Positions 1 to 11,800 of a stretch of DNA of 64,000 nt are shown here, piece after piece (position 1 is the first letter of the stretch; each line of letters starts with the position of its first letter). Under the pieces are notes generated by a model. The model saw only the letters and a program-made list of their open reading frames with translations. It made no database searches and was not told the origin of the DNA. This DNA is from Macrostomum hystrix (Eukaryota; Animalia; Platyhelminthes): the NCBI GenBank assembly GCA_950097015.1, contig CATNEN010000024.1:2170001-2234000 (forward strand), read 5' to 3'. Made by a program: the position numbers and the translations under genes.

Positions 1-231
1 CTCTTGAATTTCTGTGAATGTCAGAGCAGTAATGGCTCGCGGCGAGATTGGATTCTGTAACTTTTCCACAGCGCTGAGGCCGCAACAGGCTAGGAAGTTG
101 TCAGCAATGTATTTCCTGTCGTTCTTGTCTTCCCATCCTTTGGCGCGAGCTAAAGCCTCGTAAGCGATGAGCCAAGTCTGCGCGCGAGCCGCATGTTCCA
201 GAGGCAGTTCGCCAAGGCTACGCGACGCCAT
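1..231 (-). CDS. Gag N-terminus of a Ty3/Gypsy-type LTR retrotransposon (runs off the window start)
   Basis: Seen: 77 open codons from ATG 231-229: MASRSLGELPLEHAARAQTWLIAYEALARAKGWEDKNDRKYIADNFLACCGLSAVEKLQNPISPRAITALTFTEIQE. Knowledge: fits the Gypsy gag N-terminal pattern (W..Y...A...L...G...L....P...TF.EI). Lies directly behind an LTR-like segment. Confidence 0.7.
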   Translation of the reverse strand, partial: MASRSLGELPLEHAARAQTWLIAYEALARAKGWEDKNDRKYIADNFLACCGLSAVEKLQNPISPRAITALTFTEIQE

Positions 232-397
232 TGATGTGTCTGTAGCTTGCACCTCAATGGAGACGAAGTAATGCTTAATGGGAGTGTGACATGAAGTCCC
301 TTTTGGTGCGTGTATTTGTAACAAGACTTTCTTTATATGTAAACTGTAACTTTAGGTAAAACTGGAGCTAAGTGACGCTTTAGAGGCAACTGTTACA
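232..397 (-). mobile_element. Putative 5' LTR (~166 bp) followed by a PBS-like TGGCGTCGCG
   Basis: Seen on the minus strand: starts TGTAACAG (397), contains CATATAAAG (TATA-like), ends ...ACACATCA (232), then 1 nt, then TGGCG (230-226). The TG...CA ends plus adjacent TGG are canonical LTR/PBS features. The second LTR and TSD cannot be checked (outside the window). Confidence 0.6.
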
Positions 398-419
398 ACT
401 GACTTCAATCGCCCTTTAG

Positions 420-1315
420 GCGCGGAGCAACTTCAGAAGCGTCGGGAGCGCGCCCAGCGTAGCCCAAGCAGCGGCCGCGGCACCTCACCGCAGTACTCAT
501 CGGTGCTGCAGCTGCTCGCCCCAGAAGAGGACGAGTCTTCAACTCTGGTCTGGTCAGAACGACGGCCTCTTTCGCATCCTTGCCGCTTGCTGCTGGACAC
601 AGTGCGAGCGGCAATCGGCGAAGTAATGGACAACGTTGACAGCAATGACTCGCGAGAGATCAGTTCTAGCAATAGTGTCACTCTGGAAACACCGTTCGCA
701 ATAACATTATCCTTTGTAAAGAGATTTGTCCAGTTTGTGAAACGGCTACCAGAGTTCAGCCTGATCCGGCAGGAGGACATGGTCGCGCTCATAAAAGGCG
801 GCGTGTTTCACTTCACACTAATGCGAGGCGCTTGCACCTACAGCTTGGACGCGGACAGCTTCCAGTTCGAGTCCAATCAGTTGGGTGGTTTGCACCGTAT
901 GCCCTTCGACCGGCTGTCGGTTTCGCTGTCCACCTGGCCCGCCGGGCCCCAACTGCTCGACCGCTATCGGGACTTTTTGCGCGCATTCGCAGCGGCCAGC
1001 GGAGGCGACCGGCTTGCCTTGACGTTGCTGCAACTGGTGGACTTTTATAATCCGTCCAGGCCGCAGCTGCGCAACATGCGGCTGGTTGACCGCCTGCAGC
1101 GTGGCTACATTCAGCTGTTGTGGCGCCATGTGGAGCATACCTGGCCGAAGGCCTGCTCACGGGCCGTGTTCTTTGACCTGCTGAACCGCCTGTCTGACCT
1201 GGATAGGCTGGCCACAGATTTCAGCAGCCTGTGCCACAGCGTGGGATTTCGATGCGATGCACTCAATCCGCTGTTGGTCGAAGTGTTCGAACTGAGGAGT
1301 GAGGCGCCGACATGA
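420..1315 (+). CDS. Nuclear hormone receptor, hinge + ligand-binding domain exon (HR96/DAF-12/NR1-like); DBD exons upstream of the window
   Basis: Seen: CTGAC branch point (399-403), TTTAG acceptor (419), open frame to TGA 1313-1315. Motifs FVKRLPEFSLIRQEDMVALIKGG (LBD signature) and LNPLLVEVF (AF-2, hydrophobic-x-E-hydrophobic). Subfamily is inference. Confidence 0.85.
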
Positions 1316-2384
1316 GCATTTTCAGTATCACTCGCAGTGCTGCTTGATATTGCATCTGACATTTAATGTCAAACCTATCCGCGCACGACTTTAGTGTCTG
1401 GGCGGCATTGTCTTCCAACAGCAAGATGCGTAGATTTCATAGATGTTGTTCGAACAAACAAAATACTATTTTATGAACTCACAAGAAGCAAGTCTGTATG
1501 CTTTTTTGGGTCAAAATCCACTTTCCGAATGCTTTTTTCATTCAATCACGCTTCGCTCCATTGAACCCCGATCTCGTAATCTTACTACGAGCAGCGAATG
1601 CATGCTTTCTGACATTGTTTACGAGCAACTCCAACCTTTTTCATTGGCACCCAGTTCGCGACCATCTCGCTAATACATAAGTCGTACTTGCTTCTGCTTG
1701 ATCAAAGTAGAAAGTGAAAATGCAATTCTAAAGAATGAAAGCCGAATTTTCGCAGTCGATTGAACCCGATTTCGAACACCGAAACTGCCGATTTGAATCC
1801 ACGTGCCACCGGGCAAGATTTACTCACTGAAGGTCAATCGGGCGAATGAGAGTTTATTTCTTTATTATTGCATGGCTTAACTTGATATCAGCAGCAATTC
1901 GGGTCATTGCATTATACTCACAAATGTTCGTCTCGATTTTGTTTCATAACTTGCTTTGTGTGTGTCTACTTTGCCTCGAGACCCCTTCATTTCACTTGCG
2001 ATTTTTAAATGCCTAAATTTGCTTACTAAGTTTCCGTGCCAATGTACAGTTCGGTTTTGAATATTTTCAACTACTAATGTTTTTTTAAATATGCAGTGAA
2101 CAAGTTCCATTATTTTATTTAACCAATTTTTCTCATTACCGTTTCAGCTCGAAATTTAAGATTGAGGCTTGGTTGCATGAAAAATACTTGTTTTAGATTA
2201 TTTCACCAGTTCTTGCGGCAGTTCGGGTACAGTAGATGCTGCCTATATTTAATATGTTAATGGTTAAATAATATATGTATGCTTTCTTTCCGTCATTAGC
2301 GCCACAAGACCTCGGTGCTGAAGATGTTAATTTAGTTGTGGGTTAATATTATGGTCCCACGTCAAAGCTCCCGGCATCCTGTCG

Positions 2385-3129
2385 TTACGCTGCCTGCTCT
2401 CGCGGATGCCGACGACATACGAGCGTAGCACTCGTGCTCTCTCTAGACTCGGCGAAGAGGGCGCCCGGGTCGGCCAACTGGTCAACGCCCGCAAGACGGA
2501 GGTGCCGCTTGTGGGCACTGACACCGCCCCTGCGCTCGCTCTGCCAAACGGCGACGTCGTTGAGGTGTGCGAGGATTTCAAATACATCGGCTGTCTGGTG
2601 CTGAACCCGGACACTATCGTCTCTGACAGGAGGACTCAGGCCTGGCGCGCGGTCATGAACGTGTTTAATTCCTCTGCTCCGCGCTGCCGTAGAACCGATC
2701 CTCCTGAACGGCATGGAAGCAGTGCCTATTACCGAGGCGCGAGAGAAGGAAGAGAGGAGGATGCGCACTACAGGTCTCTGCTGCGCTACGCCATGCACTA
2801 CCCGGGTAGGCTGCCGTCCAGAGACCTGATGGCCCGCGCTGGTGTCCCGGCCCTAAGCGACACGCACGCCGGCGGCGTCAGATGCTGCTGGGGAATTGTC
2901 TGCGGAGCCATGGCGCGGCGGTGACCAGAACCCGCTGTCGCTGATCCTCCTGCACCAGCCTTCTGAGCGACTACGCCAAGGCCAAGGCCGAACTTTGACT
3001 CTGACTGCTATAATGGTGGCTGATTTGCTGGCCATTGGGCTCAGCCACCAGTTGGATGAGCCCAATCCAACTGAGCCCAGCCGCCATGACCTGCCCCTCT
3101 CGTCTGTTCTGCGAACGCGTGCGCGCTAG
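2385..3129 (+). pseudogene. Degenerate 3' fragment of an RTE-like non-LTR retrotransposon reverse transcriptase
   Basis: Seen: LPALADADDI (YADD with Y>D, 2405-2416), then in a shifted frame RVGQLVNARKTEV, VEVCEDFKYIG, RRTQAWRAV, QPSERLRQGQGRT. These match LINE RT domains 5-7 and the RTE C-terminal pattern; frameshifted. Confidence 0.75.
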
Positions 3130-3171
3130 GTTGAATTAAGTTTGCTGCCCTTCTTCTTTCCCTTAGCGTTT

Positions 3172-3541
3172 TTATATATATATTATATTTTATTATTAAT
3201 TAATAATATAATAATTAATAATATTAAATAAAAATATAATTATTAATAATAATTTATTACAACTGCCCCAATTGGGTCAGATGTGCAGCCGACAGCACAG
3301 CCGCAGCTAATGCGCGGCGCATCTGGAGGCTGCGTACAGTTCAGTCCATGGACTGGGGGACGCCACACCCACCTTCAATTATCCCAGCTGATGCTGGTAT
3401 CCATTTAACAGCTGGGTGAACTGAGCAATGCAGAGTTAAGTGTCTTGCTAAAGGACACAAATTGTTCCAGTGGAGTCGGGAATCGAACCCCCGACCTTCA
3501 AGTCGTGAGTCCGATGCTCTAACTACTAGGCTACAACCTCT
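3172..3541 (-). mobile_element. tRNA-derived SINE family 1 (CORE-like body), copy 1 with long AT-rich tail
   Basis: Minus strand: A-box TAGCCTAGTAGTTAG, B-box GGTTCGATTCC, body GTGTCCTTTAGCAAGACACTTAACTCTGCATTGCTCAGTTCACCCAGCTGTTAAATGG resembling the CORE domain, and an (ATT/TAA)-rich tail at 3172-3260. Near-identical copy at 10238-10551. Confidence 0.85.
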
Positions 3542-4573
3542 TCTAATAATATTCTAATTATATTCTATTCTAATAATAGACTACTATTATTATAGTATTC
3601 TTAACTGTGCACACTAATAGTCTTCTCTGTGTCATCTCTATAAAATACCTCGCAAGTGTTTCTGCTACTTATTTATTATCTTACAACATTAAATATATAG
3701 CTGTGCCCTCGAGTGTAGTATTTTCAATATTCAGGACCATGTTTGTGATTTCTCTAATAAATGTTTTTCTAATCGGACTATGCAATGTCGAATTACACTT
3801 ATCAAGAAAAAGAGTTTCGTTTGTTATACACCTGTGCCGCACTCTGGACCATTTTTCTTGCAGCTCTTGCGTCTCGCAAGCTAGCTTGTGGTTTGCGAGT
3901 CAAAATGCTATGTAATCTGACTCAAAATGCTAGACTCTAGGCGTTCTGCTATAGGCTTATCGATGCAAATCAATAGGGTCACCAATCTTTAGGTGGCCAC
4001 CCTCGTTCCAAGTTGTCATACGGTTGGATACGCTCGTAAATACAGATGTGGGTCGCATTCTGAGTACAATCAAGGTGGAAGAAACTAAAATGCACAGAAA
4101 CGCTAGGCAAGCAAAATAAGCAATTAGCGAATAAAACATGTATCAGGCTAACTTTTCGCCCCAAAGGAGAGCAATGCTAATTTGTCCGTGCTTTTTACTC
4201 AGTTTCTGTTTCTGCTGCTTTGAGACGGTTGGTGATGAGGCCGAAAACATGGCTTATTGATAATCGATTCAATTTACAAAGAAAAACACCTAGACCAATT
4301 AGCTCTCTGGAGCAACAAAGCCTGAGTGATCAAAGCATTGGGATACAGGCCGGTAGGATACAGGCCGAGAATAACTGGATTCGCCAATTAGACTATTTAT
4401 CTAGAAAAAAACGCTTCGACAAAGCAGAAACACCCCACAAAGACTGCAACACGCTCGGCCACACTAGTAAAAACTGGATTTCTCCTATAAATAGGCAGCT
4501 CATACCAGCATGGCGCCTCACTGCGGGCATTCTATCGACAGTGATGGACTGAGGCTATGGGCCATTAAGGAAA

Positions 4574-7000
4574 ATGCTGAGGCCAGAGGTGAGAATCACG
4601 CCTGCCATGACGCCTTCGATCGCGTCGATGAGCAGCAGCTTCATGCGGCGCAAAGCAAGCGCCTCCAGCAACTCGCTCAACTCCGGAAGCGACACTAGCG
4701 CCAATGTCAGCCGAATAAATCGCATTGTGCGGGAGCGGCTGATCTCCACCACCGTGCTGGGCAAGTGCTACAACTGGTTCTACAGCAGCAACGATCAGAT
4801 TGGTGCGTGTTGCGTCTTTCTAGGGAGTAAATTTCCTTGCAGTTTTTTATCAAACATCCTAGATGTCGATTTTCTCTCAACTATTGCCGTTATAACGCAG
4901 TTATATCTCAAATCGTCACAAACACCATTTTCTCAAAGGCAAAAAGCGCCAGGTGGCCAAAATTATGTTCCTCCTGATGCTGCCTATCGCCGCTCTCGCT
5001 GGAGTGACTATACGAAATCTGGTAGATTCCAGCAATGAGAGCAAGATGAAGTCTAACATCCGAGACGCGATGCGTTTCGCCATGGAAACCGGCTCCCTTA
5101 TTGACAACCTGCAGAAGGAGCGCGACAGAGTCGCACTATTCATCTCAAGCAAGTCATCGGAGACGCGGATCCTAATTGAGGAGATCTTTCGCCAGACCGA
5201 CTTCACGATAGCGGCGTTGCGCTCCTGGAACCAGGAGAATGAGGAGCCCTTTCTTAAGTCGGCGTTTCAGAGCAAACATTTGTTTCAAAAGTATCTGGAT
5301 GATAGAAGGAGGGATATTAGTGTGAACACTGATGCCAGGTCGCCATTGGATGAGATTAGGTTCTACACGAACGATGTGATTAGAGTGCTCATTAACTGGA
5401 TCACCGACACTATTCAGCAGAGCAAGGACGGCTCGTTGTGGAAGAACATGATTGCTTACCTGCTCCTCGTAATGGCAAAGGAGAACACTGGCGTTGAACG
5501 GAGCTTAGGCGGAATCTTCTACGCGCAGGGCGGCTTCCGTGCTGACAGTGAATATCAGTGGTACTTGCGCACCTACTTCCAGGGTCGCGCGCAAATTAAG
5601 GACTCTAAGGAGTACAGTGACATTGTTCGGGAACTGACAAACCAGACCGTTACTGAACTGGGCTCGGTTATATCGAGTATCGAACAAATGCGGTCGGAGA
5701 TTCTGTCTCGCTTTGAACCGAAGAACATGGGAGGCTTGGAGGCCTCCACGCTTTGGTTGAACAATATGTCAATCTATATGGAGGCCCAACAGTCTCTGTT
5801 AGTTCGGTTGGGTGAATTCGCTCTAAACTCGATCGCTTCTGACAGGCTGGACGACTACAACTCACTCATGCTGAATTTGGCGTTCTTTCTCGTAGCGTTA
5901 ATCTCCAGCCCGGTTGTGATATTCATAGTTCACGCAATGATGGATGACATTAGCCAGTACTCCAGTGCTCTCATGTCGCAGGCGTGCGTCATGGCCAAGG
6001 ATCGAGAGCGCGCGGATCGCCTGCTATACGGTATGATGCCGCAGACAGTTATAGAGCAGCTGCGCTTGAAAAAGAAGGTGTCGGCCGAGACGTACTCAGA
6101 GGCCAGTATGATGCTCGTGCGGCTCTCCAACTTCGCATTCGTGGCCAACAACAGCCAGCCGGGAAAGGTCATCAATATTCTGAACGGCCTCTACAACATG
6201 TTCGACGAGCGCATTGAAAAATTCGATTGCCACAAACTGCAAACAAGTGGTGACTGGCTTATGATTGTCAGCGGAGTTCCCATCCGCAATGGAAAGCGGC
6301 ACGCTCACGAGCTGGCAGTTCTCGGCATTGATCTGAGACACCACGCCCTGCACATCCGAGTCGATCATATGCCAGGCGTGTCGCTACATCTTCAGGCCGC
6401 GATCCATTCAGGTGAGAACTAAGAAAGATTTGTACTTCTCTTCCGTATGCTCAATCACGCAGATTTCGAAGCCCAAATCTCACCAGGCCCTGTGGTGGCA
6501 GCCGTGGTCGGAGTTATCTTCCCGCGTTACTGCCTGTTCGGCAGCACGGTGTTTATCACTCAATGTGTTGAGGCCCAGTGCGACCAGGGTACCATACTCA
6601 TGTCTGAGGTCACTCGCAACCTCCTGGCATTCGACAACACGTTTGTGGCAGAGTACAAGAAGACTTTTGGAGTCGGGGTAATTATCACTTATAAATTTCT
6701 TAAATTGACAATTGATAGAGGCAGTTTGTAGCTCATTGGTTAGAGCTTCTCACTGCTGAATAAGAAAGCGGTTGGGAGTTCGAATCTGGTGGGTCTTTAG
6801 AAGCTACGGCTGTGCCACTGGCTGTACATCTGGCCCACCATGTTCGATCTTATAAATTTCATCAGCCAATTGACCCAAGCTTTTGTACCTTTTCGCAGGA
6901 CGGGGAAACCGTACGAGCGCATGAGCTAAAATCAAAGAAAGGTTACGAAGAGTCGCTAGGGTGCGTGCCCAACTGTCAGGGTGACAATGGCGGCGTCTAA
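4574..7000 (+). CDS. NIT-domain transmembrane guanylyl cyclase (NIT-GC) with a degenerate catalytic site, ~664 aa
   Basis: Model join(4574..4802,4939..6411,6487..6677,6899..7000); all introns GT-AG and phase-consistent, 1995 nt. TM1 (IMFLLMLPIAALAGVTI), NIT-like motifs LIDNLQKERD and KENTGVERSLGGIFYAQGGF, TM2, helical linker (ADRLLYGMMP), cyclase domain (TSGDWLMIVSG, HSGPVVAAVVG, PRYCLFG). No kinase-homology domain. Confidence 0.85.
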
Positions 7001-8834
7001 GGCTGGCGAGGAGCTTCCGCACCAGCAATTTCGCGCAGAAAATGACGACATTCGTTCAATCATTACGCCCTCAAATGGACGTTAATATGATTAAAAACAG
7101 TTTTATATATTAATTAAGAAGTAGCGAGCTAGACACCTTGTAGCTAGTCTTGATTCTCATTCGTTCCAATTTACACAAATGCACGCAGCAGCATGCACTG
7201 ATTGCACCGTGTTGTCGAACTTCAGTACAAATTTTAGGACAAAGATTGCTTGCCTGATTATTCTATTTCACGCCTGTGAGCACCAGAATCTCACATTTTC
7301 GCACATACCTATGATAAAAACGTTATTTGCTTTCAAAAGATTCATAGAATCTGAGCTAATTCGTAAAATTGAAATATTCTTAAGTAATTATTTCTCACGG
7401 ATACAATTCTCAGCTTATTAAGTAAATAAGTAGAAAATATCAGCTGTGCGAACAGCGGTTTGAAAAGCTGTGCTGTTTATTCAGAGTAATAATAGTTGTC
7501 CTTGCCACCAGGGTCGTCGACGAGAATCGCTAAATATCTCGACGCTGCTGACGTCTGACGGCTTTTATCGTAAATTTGATCCATATGTTGGACACGAAAA
7601 CCGGTCATTCGGTTTGGGAGCTATCGTGAATTAGGCAGTGGCTATTTAAAATGCCCTCGTGCTCTGTCCCCAGGGGGAACACAGGACGCCCTTACGACGC
7701 GCCTTAAACCATCTGTCTACTGACTCATGTGTACATTCGCTAGCGCCACGCGGAAGACTGGGATTGCAAATGCAGGCAATTCTAAGCGCTTTATTGAGTA
7801 CTAACAGTAGGCGGTCTAGCATGCCGTTGGATTGTCAGTTACGCATACTCCGTTGGTACTTTTTTGCTCATGGTTTCAACAGCCAGCTAAAATTATTTGA
7901 AACAAATTAGTTTGAATAAATAAACGTCACAAAGTCCGTAGAAGCAACACAATTGCTAGCGTAAAAGAGAAGAAAATGTTTGAAGTGTAACGTAGCGATT
8001 TCCAGACAATAAGAACGCGCTTTTTTAATTGCAACAGTATTTTTTGCCCGTTGGTTACTTGATCCGGGAGAATCTTCCTCACTAAGTCGTTTTCCTCACC
8101 AGGTTTTGCATGAGTCAGCTGTAGTTGGCCTGCAGTTTGGCACGATTTCAATTATAGGACGATTGGACAGGGCAAATACTTGTGGGAACAACAGTCACAT
8201 AGCATGACACCACCCAAAAATTCAACGCATGCGAAGGCCATTGTAGGTAGAACTAAGAGAGAGAAATATATTTGAGAAAAGTCAGCACAATCATTCAGTG
8301 ACCAAAAGGCGCGCCTAGTACAGCTGCCTTACCCTTTTCTCAGGCAGCTCTCGAGGGTGATTCCACCACACAGTGGGTCCACCCAGGCATGGCTCTTCCC
8401 CGCACCAATGGGGCAAAGGTCTCATTGGCTTCCGACGGCCCAACCTCCCCTTGGCCGGCTTTTCTCCAGGGAGAGAGAAGCGGCGGATCCGTGCTTTTTA
8501 AACATTAAAGTCTCACGGCGACGTGACTGTGCCCGCCGCTGCATTATTCACAAGGCTCACTGATTGCCTGACCAGACGAAGCTCAGGCTTGGAAATCGCC
8601 GCGGCTCATACTGCTCCCATTGTCTCAGGAACAACAGTGCGGAGGGTAAGATCTGAGCCACAAGCGTCATCTGTTTTAGAATCTCTCTGTTTTAGTACGA
8701 GTATGTGTATCAGGTAGTTGCAGGTAAATTGAGGAAGTGACGAGTAGTGAATGGTTTATTGAGAAAATTATAGCATTTACACGCATCAGTGGTGACCTCG
8801 AATTCCGAACTCAAACAGGACGGCACGGGCTAAC

Positions 8835-11800
8835 ATGAACATGGCAACTCACTCATGGGGCCTGCAGCTTGTGCAGCTCGCTTACCTGCTGCTCGTAATC
8901 TGCGTGAGGCTAGGTGAGATAGCTCACTACATTAAACACCCCCGTGAATGCGAATCTGCTCAATTATTGTTAATTATTAGCCCGACTGTTCTCCGGTTAC
9001 TCCTGGCTGCCAGTCCTCGCTTGCGCTCTAGGTTGCTGCGGAAGAATTTTCTTGCATTTAAAATTATTTTCCAGCAATGTTCTAGTATCTCGCGTAGTTT
9101 AACCATAATCGAATATTAAATTCTTGATTGAGAACGGGAGAGATGAGACATGGGAGAGATGAGACATGGGATAGATGAGACACGGGAGAGATGAGACACG
9201 GGAGAGATGAGACATGGGAGAGATGAGACATGGAATAGATGAGACATGGAAGAGATGAGACATGGGAGAGATGAGACATGGAATAGATGGGACATGGGAT
9301 AGATGAGACACGGGAGAGATGAGACACGGGAGAGATGAGCCATGGGAGAGATGAGACATGGGAGAGATGAGACATGGGAGAGATTATTCGTGACAAATGA
9401 GACACGGGAAAGATGAGACAAGAGAAAGATGAGACAAGAGAAAGATGAGACAAGAGAAAGATGAGACAAGAGAAAGATGAGACAAGAGAAAGATGAGACA
9501 AGAGAAAGATGAGACAAGAGAAAGATGAGACAAGAGAAAGATGAGACAAGAGAAAGATGAGACAAGAGAAAGATGAGACAAGAGAAAGATGAGACAAGAG
9601 AAAGATGAGACAAGAGAAAGATGAGACAAGAGAAAGATGAGACAAGAGAAAGATGAGACAAGAGAAAGATGAGACAAGAGAAAGATGAGACAAGAGAAAG
9701 ATGAGACAAGAGAAAGATGAGACAAGAGAAAGATGAGACAAGAGAAAGATGAGACAAGAGAAGGTGCTGATAGTGACCCGGTGGTCGGATTAATAAACTT
9801 TGAGGGCTGCATGCCGGGGATCTGCCGACCCCTGCTCTCACTGACAAAGAGTTTGCTAATCACTGGCTATCATTGGTACGTGCGTAGATCAAAGAGTGCA
9901 CTCGTAGAAAGTTATTAATACACTGCTTATGTTGTGCAAAATAATTTATCCAGCACTATCCAGTACTACTAAAACGTTTAAAACATTTTAAGTATGTCTC
10001 CTAATTCCTATATATTTTTCGAAGCGAAATGGTTAGTTTTTTATCGTTTTCAATATGCCAAGCGGGCATAATTAAAAACCAACATAAAATCCTTCAAGTA
10101 CAAAAATCGGAGCAAAAGTACAAGAAATCTTTAAGCTCTTTCTTGCAGACGCCAGTAATAAAAAACGAATTATTTTATCGCGGCTAAGCAAATCCCAGAT
10201 GCATAATCGTGGTGTGTGTATTGCTGCCTATTTACCAGTAATAATAATGAATAATAATTGATTACACCTGTCCCGATTGGGATAGATGTGCAGACGACAG
10301 CACAGCCGCAGCTAATGCGCGGCGCATCTGAAGGCTGCGTACAGCTGTTCAGTCCATGGACTGGGGGGACGCCACACCCACTTTCAATTATCCCAGCTGA
10401 TGCTGGTACCCATTTAACAGCTGGGTGAACTGAAGCAATGCAGAGTTAAGTGTCTTGCTAAAGGACGCAAATTGTTCCAGTGGAGTCGGGAATCGAACCC
10501 CCGACCTTTAAGTCGTGAGTCCGACGCCCTAACCACTAGGCTACAACCTCTCCACCAGTGTAATATGTGGTCTGTGAGCCTAACTCTTCACTCGGAGTCC
10601 AGCTTCATCTTATCTTTTCTACGCCTACTGTCTTACACATATAGACGCACTGTCTATAGAAAAGACAAAAAACAAGGCCTGGGTTTTACAGCTAAAGCCT
10701 AGACTGCTATTGTTCTCAGAAGTCACCGCACGCCAATTGAGCATAGCGCACAGAAAGCACGTGAGTAAATCAGATGCAATTAAATTGGACTCAAGGAGCC
10801 TTCGCTGTGGCCCTTCTGCTCTGTATGCACATCTAGCTTGCAGAACCAGATTTGCCTACTTGAGGCCATAAAACACTGCCCGTTCCTTGCTTACTCACCC
10901 TCTCGCTCACTCACCCTCTCGCTCACTCACCCTCTCGCTCACTCACCCTCTCGCTCGCTCACCCTCTCGCTCGCTCACCCTCTCGCTCGCTCACCCTCTC
11001 GCTCGCTCACCCTCTCGCTCGCTCACCCTCTCGCTCACTCACCCTCTCGCTCGCTCACCCTCTCGCTCGCTCACCCTCTCGCTCACTCACCCTCTCGCTC
11101 GCTCACCCTCTCGCTCGCTCACCCTCTCGCTCACTCACCCTCTCGCTCACTCACCCTCTCGCTCGCTCACCCTCTCGCTCACTCACCCTCTCGCTCGCTC
11201 ACCCTCTCGCTCACTCACCCTCTCGCTTGCTCACCCTCTCACCCACTCACCCTCTCGCTCACTCACCCTCTCGCTCGCTCACCCTCTCGCTCACTCACCC
11301 TCTCGCTCACTCAACCTCTCGCTCACTCATCCTCTCGCTCATTTACCCTCTCGCTCACTCACCCTCTCGCTCACTCACCCTCTCGCTCGCTCACCCTCTC
11401 GCTCGCTCACCCTCTCGCTCACTCACCCTCTCGCTCGCTCACCCTCTCGCTCACTCACCCTCTCGCTCACTCACCCTCTCGCTCACTCATCCTCTCGCTC
11501 ACTCACCCTCTCGCTCACTCACCCTCTCGCTCGCTCACCCTCTCGCTCACTCACCCTCTCGCTCACTCAACCTCTCGCTCACTCATCCTCTCGCTCATTT
11601 ACCCTCTCGCTCACTCACCCTCTCGCTCACTCACCCTCTCGCTCACTCACCCTCTCGCTCACTCACCCTCTCGCTCGCTCACCCTCTCGCTCGCTCACCC
11701 TCTCGCTCACTCACCCTCTCGCTCGCTCACCCTCTCGCTCACTCACCCTCTCGCTCACTCACCCTCTCGCTCACTCACCCTCTCGCTTGCTCACCCTCTC

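Noticed and set aside
1313-1385. In-frame sequence after the nuclear receptor TGA (readthrough or Sec?)
   Set aside because: The +4 base is G, no SECIS was seen, AF-2 already ends the domain, and the extension has no motif.
8780-8810. CATCA-G-TGGTGACCTCG resembling an LTR end plus tRNA-Trp PBS
   Set aside because: No gag-like ORF follows; the downstream ATG opens the cadherin signal-peptide exon, and no LTR start or TSD was found.
9082-9863. Long repetitive ORFs (219, 243, 159 aa) on the minus strand
   Set aside because: Products of 16-bp arrays that lack stop codons on one strand; open in several frames, low complexity, inside an intron.
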